A stretch of DNA of 64,000 bases from Candidatus Eiseniibacteriota bacterium (GTDB lineage: Bacteria > Eisenbacteria > RBG-16-71-46). This document shows, piece by piece, positions 38,525 through 48,058 of the stretch. The position numbers and the translations under genes were made by a program. The stretch's first letter is position 1. Each line of letters begins with the position of its first letter. The stretch spans positions 1,344,001-1,408,000 of the forward strand of contig CAVQXP010000004.1 in NCBI GenBank assembly GCA_963717935.1, in the 5' to 3' direction. A model generated the notes under the pieces. It did no database searches. It was not told the origin of the DNA and saw only the letters and a program-made list of their open reading frames with translations.

Positions 38525-40078
38525 ATGAACCCGCTTCCCGCTGATTCCGTCCCCGTCCGCCTCCCGCACTACCGGCTGCGGGACGGCGGGTTGTACTTCC
38601 TCATCTCCCAGCGGCCCGTGGCCGTGCTCAACGCCCACGAGCAGGAGGTGTGGGAGTCGTTGGATGGCTCGGTCCGCGTACGGGACTTGGCCGCCCGTTT
38701 TCCCGCCGGGGCTGGCGAGGCCGCGCTCCGCCGGTTCGTGGAGCTCGGAGTCTGTCTGCCGATCGCGACGAGCTTCCCCGAGGGACGTCGGCGGGTCGTA
38801 GTCATCGAGCCCCACATGGACGACGGCACGCTGAGCCTGGGCGGGACGATGTGGAGCCGTCGCGCGCAGTGCGAGTTCACCATCGTCACGGTCGCGGGCC
38901 GCTGTAACTTCACGAGCTACTACTACCTCGAGCGCGACTACTTCGACGTGGACGAGGTGTCGGCGCTGCGCCGGGCCGAGAGCGCACTGGTGGCACGCGC
39001 CATCGGTGGGCGCCACGTGGTGCTCGACCTGCCCGAGGCGCCGCTGCGCTACCGGGCCGGGAACTGGGCCCTGGACTGGTACCGCCGGCACCGCGCCTCG
39101 ATCTCGGCCTTCATCAGCCACACCTCGGGGCCCGAGGAGCTGCGCGCGTGGACCGAGGCGATCCGGCAGGCGCTGCGCGAGCTGCCGGCCGACGAGGTGT
39201 GGATGCCCATCGGCGTGGGCCCGCACACCGATCACGAGCTCACCCGGAACGCCTCCCTGACCCTCCTGGCGGAGGATCCGGAGTTGTTTTCGCGGTGCGC
39301 GGTCCGCCTCTACCAGGAGGTGCCCTACGCCGCGCGGTTCCCGCGCTTCACGGCTGCGATCGTGGAGGAGTTGACGCGCTCCGGCGCGAAGCTCGAGATC
39401 GAGAGGGTCCCCGTCACGGAGGCGTTCCCCGACAAGCTGCGGCTCATCTCGTACTTCGGCTCCCAGTTCAAGCTCCAGGTCCTGCGACCGGACATCGAGG
39501 CCTCGGCCCGAGCTGCCGCCGGCGACGGCGGCGGGATGGCGGAGATTCTCTACCGCGTCGTGGCCCCGCCGAAACGCCTGGATTTCTTGGCGCTCTCCGT
39601 GGGCGCGCCGGAGGTGCGGCAGCTGGCGCAGGAACTCGGGCCCTGGATCGAGCGGCACCGGCGTGCCCGTCGGATTCGCGTGTTCATCCGCCCGCCTGCG
39701 GGCCGCTGGGTGGAGGACATGCAGTTGTTGCTGGACGCCTTCCCTGCGGCCCGCTTCGCTGTCCGAGCCTCCAGGGCAGCGCTGGCGGAGGCGACGGAGG
39801 TCCGCTCCCCGCGCATCGAGGTCAGTCCCATCGGCCAGGGCGCCGCCGCGTGGGTGCTGGGCGTGTCTGGCGCCAACCTGCGGGGGCCCGCGCCCACCCT
39901 CATGATCGCGTTCGCAGACCGCATGCGTGAGGGCCGCCGCCTGAGCATGCTGCTTCCACTGAGTGACACGCTGGTCGTGCCCAGCATGAACCACCTCGCG
40001 CTCGCGCTGCGCCTCCTGGCGGACGTCGACGACCCCCGGCGAGCGTCGGAAGATCCGAAGGGATCCGCCGGGCCCTGA
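38525..40078 (+). CDS. PIG-L/LmbE-family N-deacetylase with N-terminal PqqD/RRE-like domain and C-terminal extension
   Basis: EPHMDDGTLSLGG, RRAES, GVGPHTDH, YQEVPY (PIG-L); N-terminal LNAHEQEVWESLDGSVRVRDLAARF...LRRFVELGV. Confidence 0.75.
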   Translation: MNPLPADSVPVRLPHYRLRDGGLYFLISQRPVAVLNAHEQEVWESLDGSVRVRDLAARFPAGAGEAALRRFVELGVCLPIATSFPEGRRRVVVIEPHMDDGTLSLGGTMWSRRAQCEFTIVTVAGRCNFTSYYYLERDYFDVDEVSALRRAESALVARAIGGRHVVLDLPEAPLRYRAGNWALDWYRRHRASISAFISHTSGPEELRAWTEAIRQALRELPADEVWMPIGVGPHTDHELTRNASLTLLAEDPELFSRCAVRLYQEVPYAARFPRFTAAIVEELTRSGAKLEIERVPVTEAFPDKLRLISYFGSQFKLQVLRPDIEASARAAAGDGGGMAEILYRVVAPPKRLDFLALSVGAPEVRQLAQELGPWIERHRRARRIRVFIRPPAGRWVEDMQLLLDAFPAARFAVRASRAALAEATEVRSPRIEVSPIGQGAAAWVLGVSGANLRGPAPTLMIAFADRMREGRRLSMLLPLSDTLVVPSMNHLALALRLLADVDDPRRASEDPKGSAGP

Positions 40079-40518
40079 GGAGGTGCGCCGTCGAGGCGTG
40101 CCGCCGCAGCGCAGCGCGTGTTCTTCGAGTCGTTGCCCGGGCTGCGGATGCGGCAGTCGATGGTCCGCCATGCTAGAATCACTCGATGCCCAGGCAGAAC
40201 CGGCGCCCGCCCTCGCGGCCATCCCGATGGTGGAGGACGGGTGACCAGGAGCGATGCGAGGCCCCTCGGGTTGGCTCCCGCGGCCGTTCCGGTTCCCATG
40301 TGGCTGGTTCCACGCCATCGAGATTTGCCACGACGATGCGGCCTTCGGCCCCGGCGATGTCGGAGTAGCGGGTCGGTTGGGCGGCGAATCTCGCAGACCG
40401 GGGCCTTGCGTGCTAGTCTCGGCTAGAAATGGGCTGCTTGCGCTCCGAATCAGGATTCGAGGCGCGGGTGGTTTTGTGTGGCCGGATTTCGAGTCTCTTT
40501 CAAGACAGGCGTGGACAC

Positions 40519-41303
40519 GTGGACAACTTCTCGATGGCGCTCGTCGGGCCCTATCCGCCTCCCCGTGGCGGGTATTGGTCCACCTCACGCGTTTCCAGCG
40601 GCGACTCGCCGCTCTGGCCATCCCGTCGTGGGCCTGCTACCAGCCTTTGCCCACATCGGGCCCCGAGGAGCACGTTATCCCGGCTGCCCGCAGGTTCTCC
40701 CGGCATTGCTGGATTCCTGAGCATGCGCGGCGACGCAGCACGAGCACCGTGCACCTTGGCTCGTACTGGGCGCCGGCCGCGCGTGCGATGCTTTTGCACC
40801 GCAAGAAGGTCGTCATGACCTTCCACGATCAACAAAGGGGGGGCAGGATGTGGCAGGCCACCTCATGGCTGGAACGATGGGTGAGCCGGTGGCCCTTCCG
40901 ACACCTGCGGGTCTGGTGGGTTGTCGCGAGCCGGGAGGTGAGGTGGCAGTTGATCGAGAGGGGGGTGCCTCCGGCAAGGATCTCGATGGCCCCTGCCTGC
41001 ATCTCGCCCCGGGCTGGCGCACACGCATCGAGCCTGCCCGCCTACGTCGGGGACTTCCTCCAGAGGTATTCTCCTGTGCTGTCAGGCTACGCTTGGAGGC
41101 TGACCCGCGATGCGCGGGGCGTCGGCGTCTATGGGTTCGACCATTACATCGAGATGATTCGGTCGCTCAAGGCCGACCTCCCGAAGATCGGTCTGGGGCT
41201 CTCGCTGCCGCGGGTCTCCGACATCGACTACTTCCGCGCCCTGAAGGCGCGTGTCGACGACAACTTCCCACCACTCCTGGATCTCTACCGTGCGATCGCA
41301 TAG
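40519..41303 (+). pseudogene. GT4 glycosyltransferase remnant with frameshift and internal deletion
   Basis: MALVGPYPPPRGG / LVHLTRF N-terminus, KVVMTFHD, YGFD; jumps from YFRALKARV straight to the terminal DDNFPPLLDLY, with no nucleotide-binding E-x7-E region. Confidence 0.65.
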
Positions 41304-41342
41304 TCGAGGGGCCGTCCGCATCATCCACCACGGGGACAGTTC

Positions 41343-42290
41343 ATGAAAGCACTTGTCACCGGCGGGGCCGGTTTCATCGGCTCCAATGTCGTGAGCGCCC
41401 TGATGGAGCTCGGCCACGAGCCGGTCGTGCTGGACGACCTGTCCAGCGGCTACCGGGAGAATCTCGTCGCCGGTGTTCCATTCGTGGAGGGGGATGTCCG
41501 CCATCTGGAGACCGTCGCGCGGGCGATGGCGGGGTGCCAGGTGGTCTTCCACCTGGCGGCCAGCGTCGGCAACGTGCGCTCCATCGAGCATCCGCAGACC
41601 GATTCGGCCATCAACGTCCTGGGCACCCTCAACGTGCTGGCGACCGCCAGGGCCTGCCGGATCGATCGGGTGGTGTTCTCGTCGTCGGCGGGCATCTTCG
41701 GGGAATTGAAGACGCTGCCGATCTCCGAAGACCACCCCCAGGATCCCGATTCCCCGTACGGCACCAGCAAGCTGGCCGCCGAGAAGATGTGCCTCGTCTA
41801 CAACAAGCTGTACGGGATGCACAACGTCTGCCTGAGGTACTTCAACGTCTATGGCCCCCATCAGCGCTACGACGCCTACGGGAACGTGATTCCGATCTTC
41901 GCCGACCGGATCCTGAAGAAGGAATCCCTGACGATCTTCGGGGATGGCGAGCAGACCCGCGATTTCGTCAACGTGCGCGATGTCGCGGCCGCCAACGTCC
42001 AGGCGGGATTGACGCAGGGTGTGCGTGGCGCCTTCAACATCGGCAGCGGTACCCGCATCACGATCAACGAGCTGGCGCGGGCCATGCAGGAGATCGCGGC
42101 CGTCCAGAACGAGCTTCAGTACGCCGCGCCCCGGATGGGTGACGTGCGCGACAGCCTGGCGGACATCCAGGCGGCCCGGTCGGCCTTCGGCTTCGACCCG
42201 CGGACCCCGATCGTCCGGGGCCTGGCGGAGTACTGGGACTGGTTCAGCGGCGATGGACTGACGTTGAAGCGCCTGGGGATCGCGACATGA
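41343..42290 (+). CDS. NAD-dependent nucleotide-sugar epimerase/dehydratase (extended SDR)
   Basis: TGGAGFIGS, SSSA, YGTSK, LRYFNVYGP, GDGEQTRDF. Confidence 0.92.
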   Translation: MKALVTGGAGFIGSNVVSALMELGHEPVVLDDLSSGYRENLVAGVPFVEGDVRHLETVARAMAGCQVVFHLAASVGNVRSIEHPQTDSAINVLGTLNVLATARACRIDRVVFSSSAGIFGELKTLPISEDHPQDPDSPYGTSKLAAEKMCLVYNKLYGMHNVCLRYFNVYGPHQRYDAYGNVIPIFADRILKKESLTIFGDGEQTRDFVNVRDVAAANVQAGLTQGVRGAFNIGSGTRITINELARAMQEIAAVQNELQYAAPRMGDVRDSLADIQAARSAFGFDPRTPIVRGLAEYWDWFSGDGLTLKRLGIAT

Positions 42291-43180
42291 GAATCCTCAT
42301 CCTGGGTGGCACCGGCATGCTGGGTCACCGGCTGTGGATCGACCTGCAGGGAGAGCACGAGGTCTGGGTCACCGTCCGCGGGGACCGCGATCTCTTCCCG
42401 GACGTGCCGCAGTTCCCCGCCGGCCGGATCGTCCGCCGCGTGGACGGGCTGGCGTCCGATGACGTGATCCAGGCCCTGGCGGCGGTCCGCCCGGAGCTCG
42501 TGATCAACTGCATCGGGCTGATCAAGCAGATGGAGCACGCGGGCGACCCGCTCCCGGCGCTCTCGATGAACGCAGTCCTGCCGCACCGGATGGCGGCGAT
42601 CTGCCGCGCCGTCGGCGCCCGGTTCGTCCACATCAGCACCGACTGCGTCTTCTCCGGCCGCAAGGGCAGCTACTCGGAATCCGATCCCTCGGACGCGGAA
42701 GACGTCTACGGGCGGACGAAGTTCCTCGGGGAGGTCCCGGGACCGGGCGCCATCACCCTGCGCACGTCGATCATCGGGCAGGAGCTCAAGAACCGGCTCG
42801 GCCTGGTCGAGTGGTTCCTCGCGCAGACCGGCACGATCAAGGGCTACCGCCGGGCGATGTACTCCGGGTTCACCACCCGCGAGCTGGCGCGGGTCATCCT
42901 GCGGCACGTGATCCCGGCCCCGGGGCTGGAGGGGCTGTACCACGTCTCCAGCGGGCCGATCAGCAAGTACGACCTGCTCCGGCTGGTGAAGGAGGCGTAC
43001 GGAAGGGACGTCGAGATCCTCCCCGAGGACCAGTTCATCTGCGACCGCACGCTGGATTCGACGCGCTTCCGGAAGGCGACGGGGTACGTCCCGCCCGCCT
43101 GGGAGGAGATGATCCGGGAACTGGCGTCGGATGTGGCATTCTACGATCGGCTCCGCAAGCTGTCCCCGGCCACCCTGTGA
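42287..43180 (+). CDS. RmlD-like nucleotide-sugar 4-reductase (QnlA/WbvR-like)
   Basis: LGGTGMLG, INCIGLIKQ, HISTDCVFSG, YGRTK, LRTSIIG, ISKYDLL, DRTLD. Confidence 0.85.
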   Translation: MRILILGGTGMLGHRLWIDLQGEHEVWVTVRGDRDLFPDVPQFPAGRIVRRVDGLASDDVIQALAAVRPELVINCIGLIKQMEHAGDPLPALSMNAVLPHRMAAICRAVGARFVHISTDCVFSGRKGSYSESDPSDAEDVYGRTKFLGEVPGPGAITLRTSIIGQELKNRLGLVEWFLAQTGTIKGYRRAMYSGFTTRELARVILRHVIPAPGLEGLYHVSSGPISKYDLLRLVKEAYGRDVEILPEDQFICDRTLDSTRFRKATGYVPPAWEEMIRELASDVAFYDRLRKLSPATL

Positions 43181-43233
43181 GTCCCGTTGTCGAATCGTCT
43201 GGTGCTTCCGACACCTCATCGAGGATGAAAGAC

Positions 43234-44292
43234 ATGCTAGAGAACAAGCGGGTCCTGATCACGGGGGGCACGGGCTCCTTGGGGAAAGTCCTGGTGCGCA
43301 GGCTGCTGTCGGGCGAGCTGGGGACCCCCCGCAAGCTCCTCGTCTTCTCGCGTGACGAGGGGAAGCAGCATGCCATGCGCGTGGAGTACATGCAGAAGAC
43401 CAGCGCGACCGATGAGGTGATCTACCAGAACTTCAAGGATCTGCTGGAATTCCGGATCGGCGATGTGCGCGACTTCCACAGCATCGCCTCCGCCCTCGGT
43501 GAGGTGGATGTCGTGTTCAGCGCTGCCGCGCTGAAGCAGGTCCCGACCTGCGAGTATTTCCCGTATCAGGCGGTGATGACGAACATCGGAGGGCCCGAGA
43601 ACATCGTGCGGGCGATCCAGGAGCTGCGCCTGCCGGTGGAGACGGTCGTCGGCATCTCGACGGACAAGGCCTGCAAGCCCGTCAACGTGATGGGGATGAC
43701 CAAGGCCATCCAGGAGCGGGTGTTCATCCAGGCCAACATGCGGTGCTCGGACACGCGCTTCATCTGCGTCCGCTACGGGAATGTCCTGGCGTCGCGCGGG
43801 TCCGTCATCCCGTTGTTCCACGAGCAGATCCGGAACGGCGGGCCCGTGACGATCACGACGACGGACATGACTCGCTTCCTGCTGAGCCTGGATCAGGCGG
43901 TCGACACCGTCTTCGCCGCGATCCGCGAGGCCCGACGGGGTGAGACGTACATCCCCCGCGTGCCCTCGGCCAATGTCACCGACATCGTCGAGGTGCTGAT
44001 CGGCGACCGGCCGATCCAGACCGTCGTCACCGGCATCCGTCCGGGCGAGAAGGTCCACGAGATCCTCGTCTCGGAGGAGGAGTGCCATCGTACGGTGGAT
44101 CGGGGTAGCTACTATTCCATCCTGCCCATGTTGCCGGAGATCCAGAGCGAGAAGGAGTTCAAGCCTGCGCTCTGCGGGGAGTACAGCTCTGCCGGGAGCG
44201 TGATGGACCAGAAAACCCTGGCGGAACTGCTCCGGAAGCATCGACTGAGGGTCGAGGATCAACTGATCATCGAAGGAGAGCTCCTGCGATGA
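43234..44292 (+). CDS. fnlA: UDP-GlcNAc 4,6-dehydratase/epimerase (FnlA/WbjB/CapE type)
   Basis: TGGTGSLG, FSRDE, IGDVRD, AALKQVPTCEYFP, STDKA, MGMTK (MxxxK), RYGNVLASRGSVIP, GIRPGEKVHE. Confidence 0.85.
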   Translation: MLENKRVLITGGTGSLGKVLVRRLLSGELGTPRKLLVFSRDEGKQHAMRVEYMQKTSATDEVIYQNFKDLLEFRIGDVRDFHSIASALGEVDVVFSAAALKQVPTCEYFPYQAVMTNIGGPENIVRAIQELRLPVETVVGISTDKACKPVNVMGMTKAIQERVFIQANMRCSDTRFICVRYGNVLASRGSVIPLFHEQIRNGGPVTITTTDMTRFLLSLDQAVDTVFAAIREARRGETYIPRVPSANVTDIVEVLIGDRPIQTVVTGIRPGEKVHEILVSEEECHRTVDRGSYYSILPMLPEIQSEKEFKPALCGEYSSAGSVMDQKTLAELLRKHRLRVEDQLIIEGELLR

Positions 44293-45377
44293 AGGTTCTG
44301 ACGCTTCTGGGCACCCGCCCGGAGATCATCCGTCTGAGCCGGGTGATCGAGGGTCTGGACCGGCTGTGCCAGCATGTGCTGGTCCACACAGGCCAGAACT
44401 TCGACCCGAACCTGAGCGACATCTTCTTCGAGCAGTTGCGCCTGCGCCGGCCGGACCACCATCTCGGGGTGACCGGCGAGACGTTCGGTCAACAGATCGG
44501 CCGGATCCTGGTCGCGGTGGATGGTGTGCTCCGTGAGGAACGTCCGGATGCCCTGTTGATCCTCGGGGACACGAACACCGGGTTGTGCAGCATCCTCGGG
44601 AAACGGATGGGCATCCCCGTGTATCACATGGAGGCGGGGAACCGCTGCTATGACGACCGCGTGCCGGAGGAGGTCAATCGACGCGTGATCGACCATTCGA
44701 GCACGATCCTGATGCCCTATACGCAGCGCAGCAAGGAGAACCTGCTCCGGGAGGGCATCGACGCCCACCGCATCTACGTGACCGGCAATCCGATCAACGA
44801 GGTCATCCAGCACTACGATGCGGAGATCCGCGCCTCGCAGGTGCATGCGCAACTCGGCGTGGAGCCGGGCCGTTTCGTCCTGGTCACGATGCACCGCGCC
44901 GAGAATGTCGATGTCGATTCCCGCCTCAAGAACCTCGCCCTGGCGCTGGACCAGGTGCAGCGGAAGTACGACTGTCCGGTGGTCTGCAGCCTGCACCCGC
45001 GGACGAAGCACAAGATGCAGCAGTACGGGGTGGGGGTCGACAACGACCGGGTCCGCTTCACCACGCCCCTGGGGTTCTTCGATTTCGTGGCGTTGGAGCG
45101 CACGGCGCTCTGCGCGCTCTCCGACAGCGGGACGGTCCAGGAGGAGTGCTGCATCTTCCACGTTCCCACCGTGACGATCCGCGACGTCACCGAGCGGCCG
45201 GAGACCATCGAGTGCGGGAGCAACATGCTCTCCGGCTGCGAGCCGGCAGTGATCCTGCGCTGCATGGAGACGGTGCTGTCGCAGCCACCGTCGTGGGCGC
45301 CGCCGGTCGAGTACCTGGCGAAGGCCGTGTCGGCGACGGTGGTGAAGATCGTACTCGGCGGGGGGACGGTCGTGTAA
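44289..45377 (+). CDS. wecB: UDP-N-acetylhexosamine 2-epimerase (WbjD/FnlC/QnlB type)
   Basis: GTRPEIIRLS, HTGQNFD, LGDTNT, HMEAGNRCYDDRVPEEVNR, HRAENVD, DSGTVQEE. Confidence 0.9.
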   Translation: MKVLTLLGTRPEIIRLSRVIEGLDRLCQHVLVHTGQNFDPNLSDIFFEQLRLRRPDHHLGVTGETFGQQIGRILVAVDGVLREERPDALLILGDTNTGLCSILGKRMGIPVYHMEAGNRCYDDRVPEEVNRRVIDHSSTILMPYTQRSKENLLREGIDAHRIYVTGNPINEVIQHYDAEIRASQVHAQLGVEPGRFVLVTMHRAENVDVDSRLKNLALALDQVQRKYDCPVVCSLHPRTKHKMQQYGVGVDNDRVRFTTPLGFFDFVALERTALCALSDSGTVQEECCIFHVPTVTIRDVTERPETIECGSNMLSGCEPAVILRCMETVLSQPPSWAPPVEYLAKAVSATVVKIVLGGGTVV

Positions 45378-45620
45378 GGATCGTGGCCCTGGCCGCCGCG
45401 GGGTCGGCCTCCCCAACGGCCTTGCAGCGACCGCGAAAGTCGCGGCGCCACGGGATTGCGCGGTGGCTCCCGTCGTCGTCTCGCCATTCCCGCAAGGAAG
45501 GCGGTTCCGCCGCTGCCGCTCTCGGCCTTCCTCCCGGTCTACGACGAGCGGCCCCCTCGAAGCCTTCCTCGCGCCGCTGCGGTGGCACTTCACGGAGTGA
45601 CGTTCCAGGACGACCGCCGT

Positions 45621-47063
45621 TTACTGGGAGGATGTGCGACCGCGGGCGGCTGCCGGTGCGGTGAGCAGGCGATGGGCAGCGACCATCAGGGCGAACATCA
45701 TCCAGACCTGGAACGCGTAGTTGATGTTGCGCAAGTACTCGACCTTGATTTCGTCCACGAGGAAGATGAGCATCTGCACGCGGGCGATGATCATGTAACT
45801 GCGCAAGAAGTCCGGGTGCCGCAGGTCGTCCGTCGTCGGCCGGGTGATCCGGAACAGGGTCCACAGCAGCCACGCGAAGATGGCAAATCCGATGAAGCCC
45901 ACGTTGTTCGCGAGATAGAGCGGAAGCGAGTGCGGCCAGTGGTAGACTTGGGTGCCGCTGAGTGGCGAGTAATAGGGCCCGTGTCCCAGGAGCGGATGCT
46001 CGAAGATGCGGTCCCAGGCTCGCGGCCACACCACCGAGCGGTTGTCGGGCACGAAACCGACGACGGTCGAGCCGGCGAGACGCTCGAACAGGTCCCCCGT
46101 GCGCGTGTAGGTTGCGACGAACCAGTTCATGCCGATCAGTCCCGCGGCCACCACCCCGGTCGTGACGGTCACCCCGACCATGGTGAGGCGACGCCGTACC
46201 AGCCACAAGAGGTAAAGGATTCCGATTCCGAGCGCGATGACCCCACCCCGGGTGACCGTCGCGAACATGACGAACACGACCAGCGCCAGCAGGCCGCCGT
46301 ACGCGGTGCGGAGCAGGATCGACTCCGCACGCAGAAGCAGGAACAGGATGAGCGGTACATAGATGGCGCAATACTCGCAGAGCAACTCGTAGTCATAGAA
46401 GGTGGAACCGACGCGGATGCCGAAGGCGGACGCGCCCGGGCTCGAGAGTCTCTCGAACTCGATCCAGCCGGAGATGAATGTCTGGCCCGGATGGGTCATC
46501 TCGAAGATGGCGACGAGGCAGACAAGCAGCACCGAGATGGTCTGGAAGCCGAGCAGGCTCTCGAAGTCCCGCCGGGTCTCCGGAATGCTCGCGACCAGGT
46601 AGAACATGAGCCAGGTGACCGCCATCATCAGGAAGTTCCCGATGCCCTGAAACAGGCCCGCGCCGTCGAGGTTGTAGAAGGAGACGACGTAGGAGATGAA
46701 CAGCATGACCAGCGGGGTGTCGATCGGCGAGCGCTGCGGCGGGGCGCTCTGCCGCAGCGAGACCCGCAGTAGCCAGATCACCAACATCAGCGCGACCAAG
46801 TACACATTCGTGTTGCCGAAGGTGGTGGTGCGCGGGAAGGGTAGGGCGACGGCCATGATGCCCAGCCCGGAGGTCGTGTTGAGGCGCCAGGCCAGGCCGA
46901 ACATCAGGAAGGCCGTGAGCACCGAGAGCACGCGCTTGTTGGGCATGATGTACTGGAGGCCCAGCACCGCGCCGGTGCTGGCCATGAGGAGAACCACGCC
47001 GACACGGTCGAGCAGCCCGGCCCGCGGGCTGGGTGACCGCGCTGGGCGGGGCGCGACGCTCAT
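45621..47063 (-). CDS. O-antigen ligase/polymerase family (Wzy/WaaL-like) membrane protein
   Basis: About 12 TM segments, RVGSTF, TVTRGG, R..VW...IFEHPLLGHG, PHSLPL..GFIG (Wzy_C motifs). Confidence 0.85.
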   Translation of the reverse strand: MSVAPRPARSPSPRAGLLDRVGVVLLMASTGAVLGLQYIMPNKRVLSVLTAFLMFGLAWRLNTTSGLGIMAVALPFPRTTTFGNTNVYLVALMLVIWLLRVSLRQSAPPQRSPIDTPLVMLFISYVVSFYNLDGAGLFQGIGNFLMMAVTWLMFYLVASIPETRRDFESLLGFQTISVLLVCLVAIFEMTHPGQTFISGWIEFERLSSPGASAFGIRVGSTFYDYELLCEYCAIYVPLILFLLLRAESILLRTAYGGLLALVVFVMFATVTRGGVIALGIGILYLLWLVRRRLTMVGVTVTTGVVAAGLIGMNWFVATYTRTGDLFERLAGSTVVGFVPDNRSVVWPRAWDRIFEHPLLGHGPYYSPLSGTQVYHWPHSLPLYLANNVGFIGFAIFAWLLWTLFRITRPTTDDLRHPDFLRSYMIIARVQMLIFLVDEIKVEYLRNINYAFQVWMMFALMVAAHRLLTAPAAARGRTSSQ

Positions 47064-47734
47064 GCCCGCTCGAAGCGCTTGCGCAGCAGGAAGACGAGGT
47101 TGCCCCAGCCGTCGCGCCACCGCTGCAGCTTGACCTCGCCGGCGCGGACTCCGTAGGGGATGTGCTCCTCGCCGAAGCGCAGACCGCGGAGCAGGGCCTC
47201 GAGCTTGATCTCCTCGCTGAAGGCCATGCCGTCGGAGGTCAGGTGCAGGCGTTCGCGCGCGGAGCGCCGGAACACCCACATGCCGGACTGGCTGTCGCGA
47301 ATGGGCCTCGAGAACAGCAGCGCCGCGGCGATCGTGAGCACGCCGTTGCCGATGCGGTTGGTGAGGCCCATGGCGCGCCCGTCGGCCAGCGGGAAACGGC
47401 TGGTCGAGAGGAAGTCGAGACGCCGCGCGATCAGGGCGTCCACGAGCCTGGGGATCTCCTCGGGGGGGTACGTTCCGTCGCCGTCCATCGTCACCACGAT
47501 GTCGCTCTGGACCGCCCGCAGACCGGCCTTGTAGGCCGCCCCGTAACCGGACGTCTTCTCGGGCACGACACGGGCCCCCAGGGAGGTGGCCACTTCGGCG
47601 GTGCGGTCGGTGCAGTTGTTGTCGACCACCACGATCTCGTCCACCGCCCGCGGCATCCGACGGATGACCTCCCGGACGCCCTCCTCCTCGTTGTAGCAGG
47701 GGATGACGACCCCGATCGTGAGGTTGGAGTGCAT
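47060..47734 (-). CDS. GT2 glycosyltransferase, DPM-synthase-like
   Basis: VVIPCYNEE, VVDNNCTD, GYGAA, MDGDGTY, DSQSGM, GEVKLQRWRDG. Confidence 0.9.
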   Translation of the reverse strand: MHSNLTIGVVIPCYNEEEGVREVIRRMPRAVDEIVVVDNNCTDRTAEVATSLGARVVPEKTSGYGAAYKAGLRAVQSDIVVTMDGDGTYPPEEIPRLVDALIARRLDFLSTSRFPLADGRAMGLTNRIGNGVLTIAAALLFSRPIRDSQSGMWVFRRSARERLHLTSDGMAFSEEIKLEALLRGLRFGEEHIPYGVRAGEVKLQRWRDGWGNLVFLLRKRFERA

Positions 47735-48058
47735 GGGCAGGGTGAGAACCTTCCCGATTTGGAGGGCGGCATGGCAGCCGCGGGCGGGCAGACTCGGGCG
47801 GGAGTCTAGCAGCGGCGCGCGTGGCCCGGCAAGGCTCGGAGGCCCCGCGGTCGCGGGGCCGGCCTTGGCCCGGCCCCGCGTGCGCCCGTATGATGGAGCA
47901 TCGTCTGCAGGCACCATTCTCCACGCCGCCTCGGAACGAGGCGGCGTCCCCTCGCTGGAGGCCGCGGTGGAAGATTCAGGACAGCGAGAGATTCTGGCTC
48001 GAACGCAGGGGCGTCGTCGCCGTGGACCGGAAGCGGAGCCGCCCGGCGTGAGTCCCGC

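Noticed and set aside
33168..40078. Lasso peptide/RiPP cluster (AsnB-like cyclase + RRE-like domain)
   Set aside because: No transglutaminase-like leader peptidase, precursor peptide or ABC exporter seen; neighbours are GTs and a flippase
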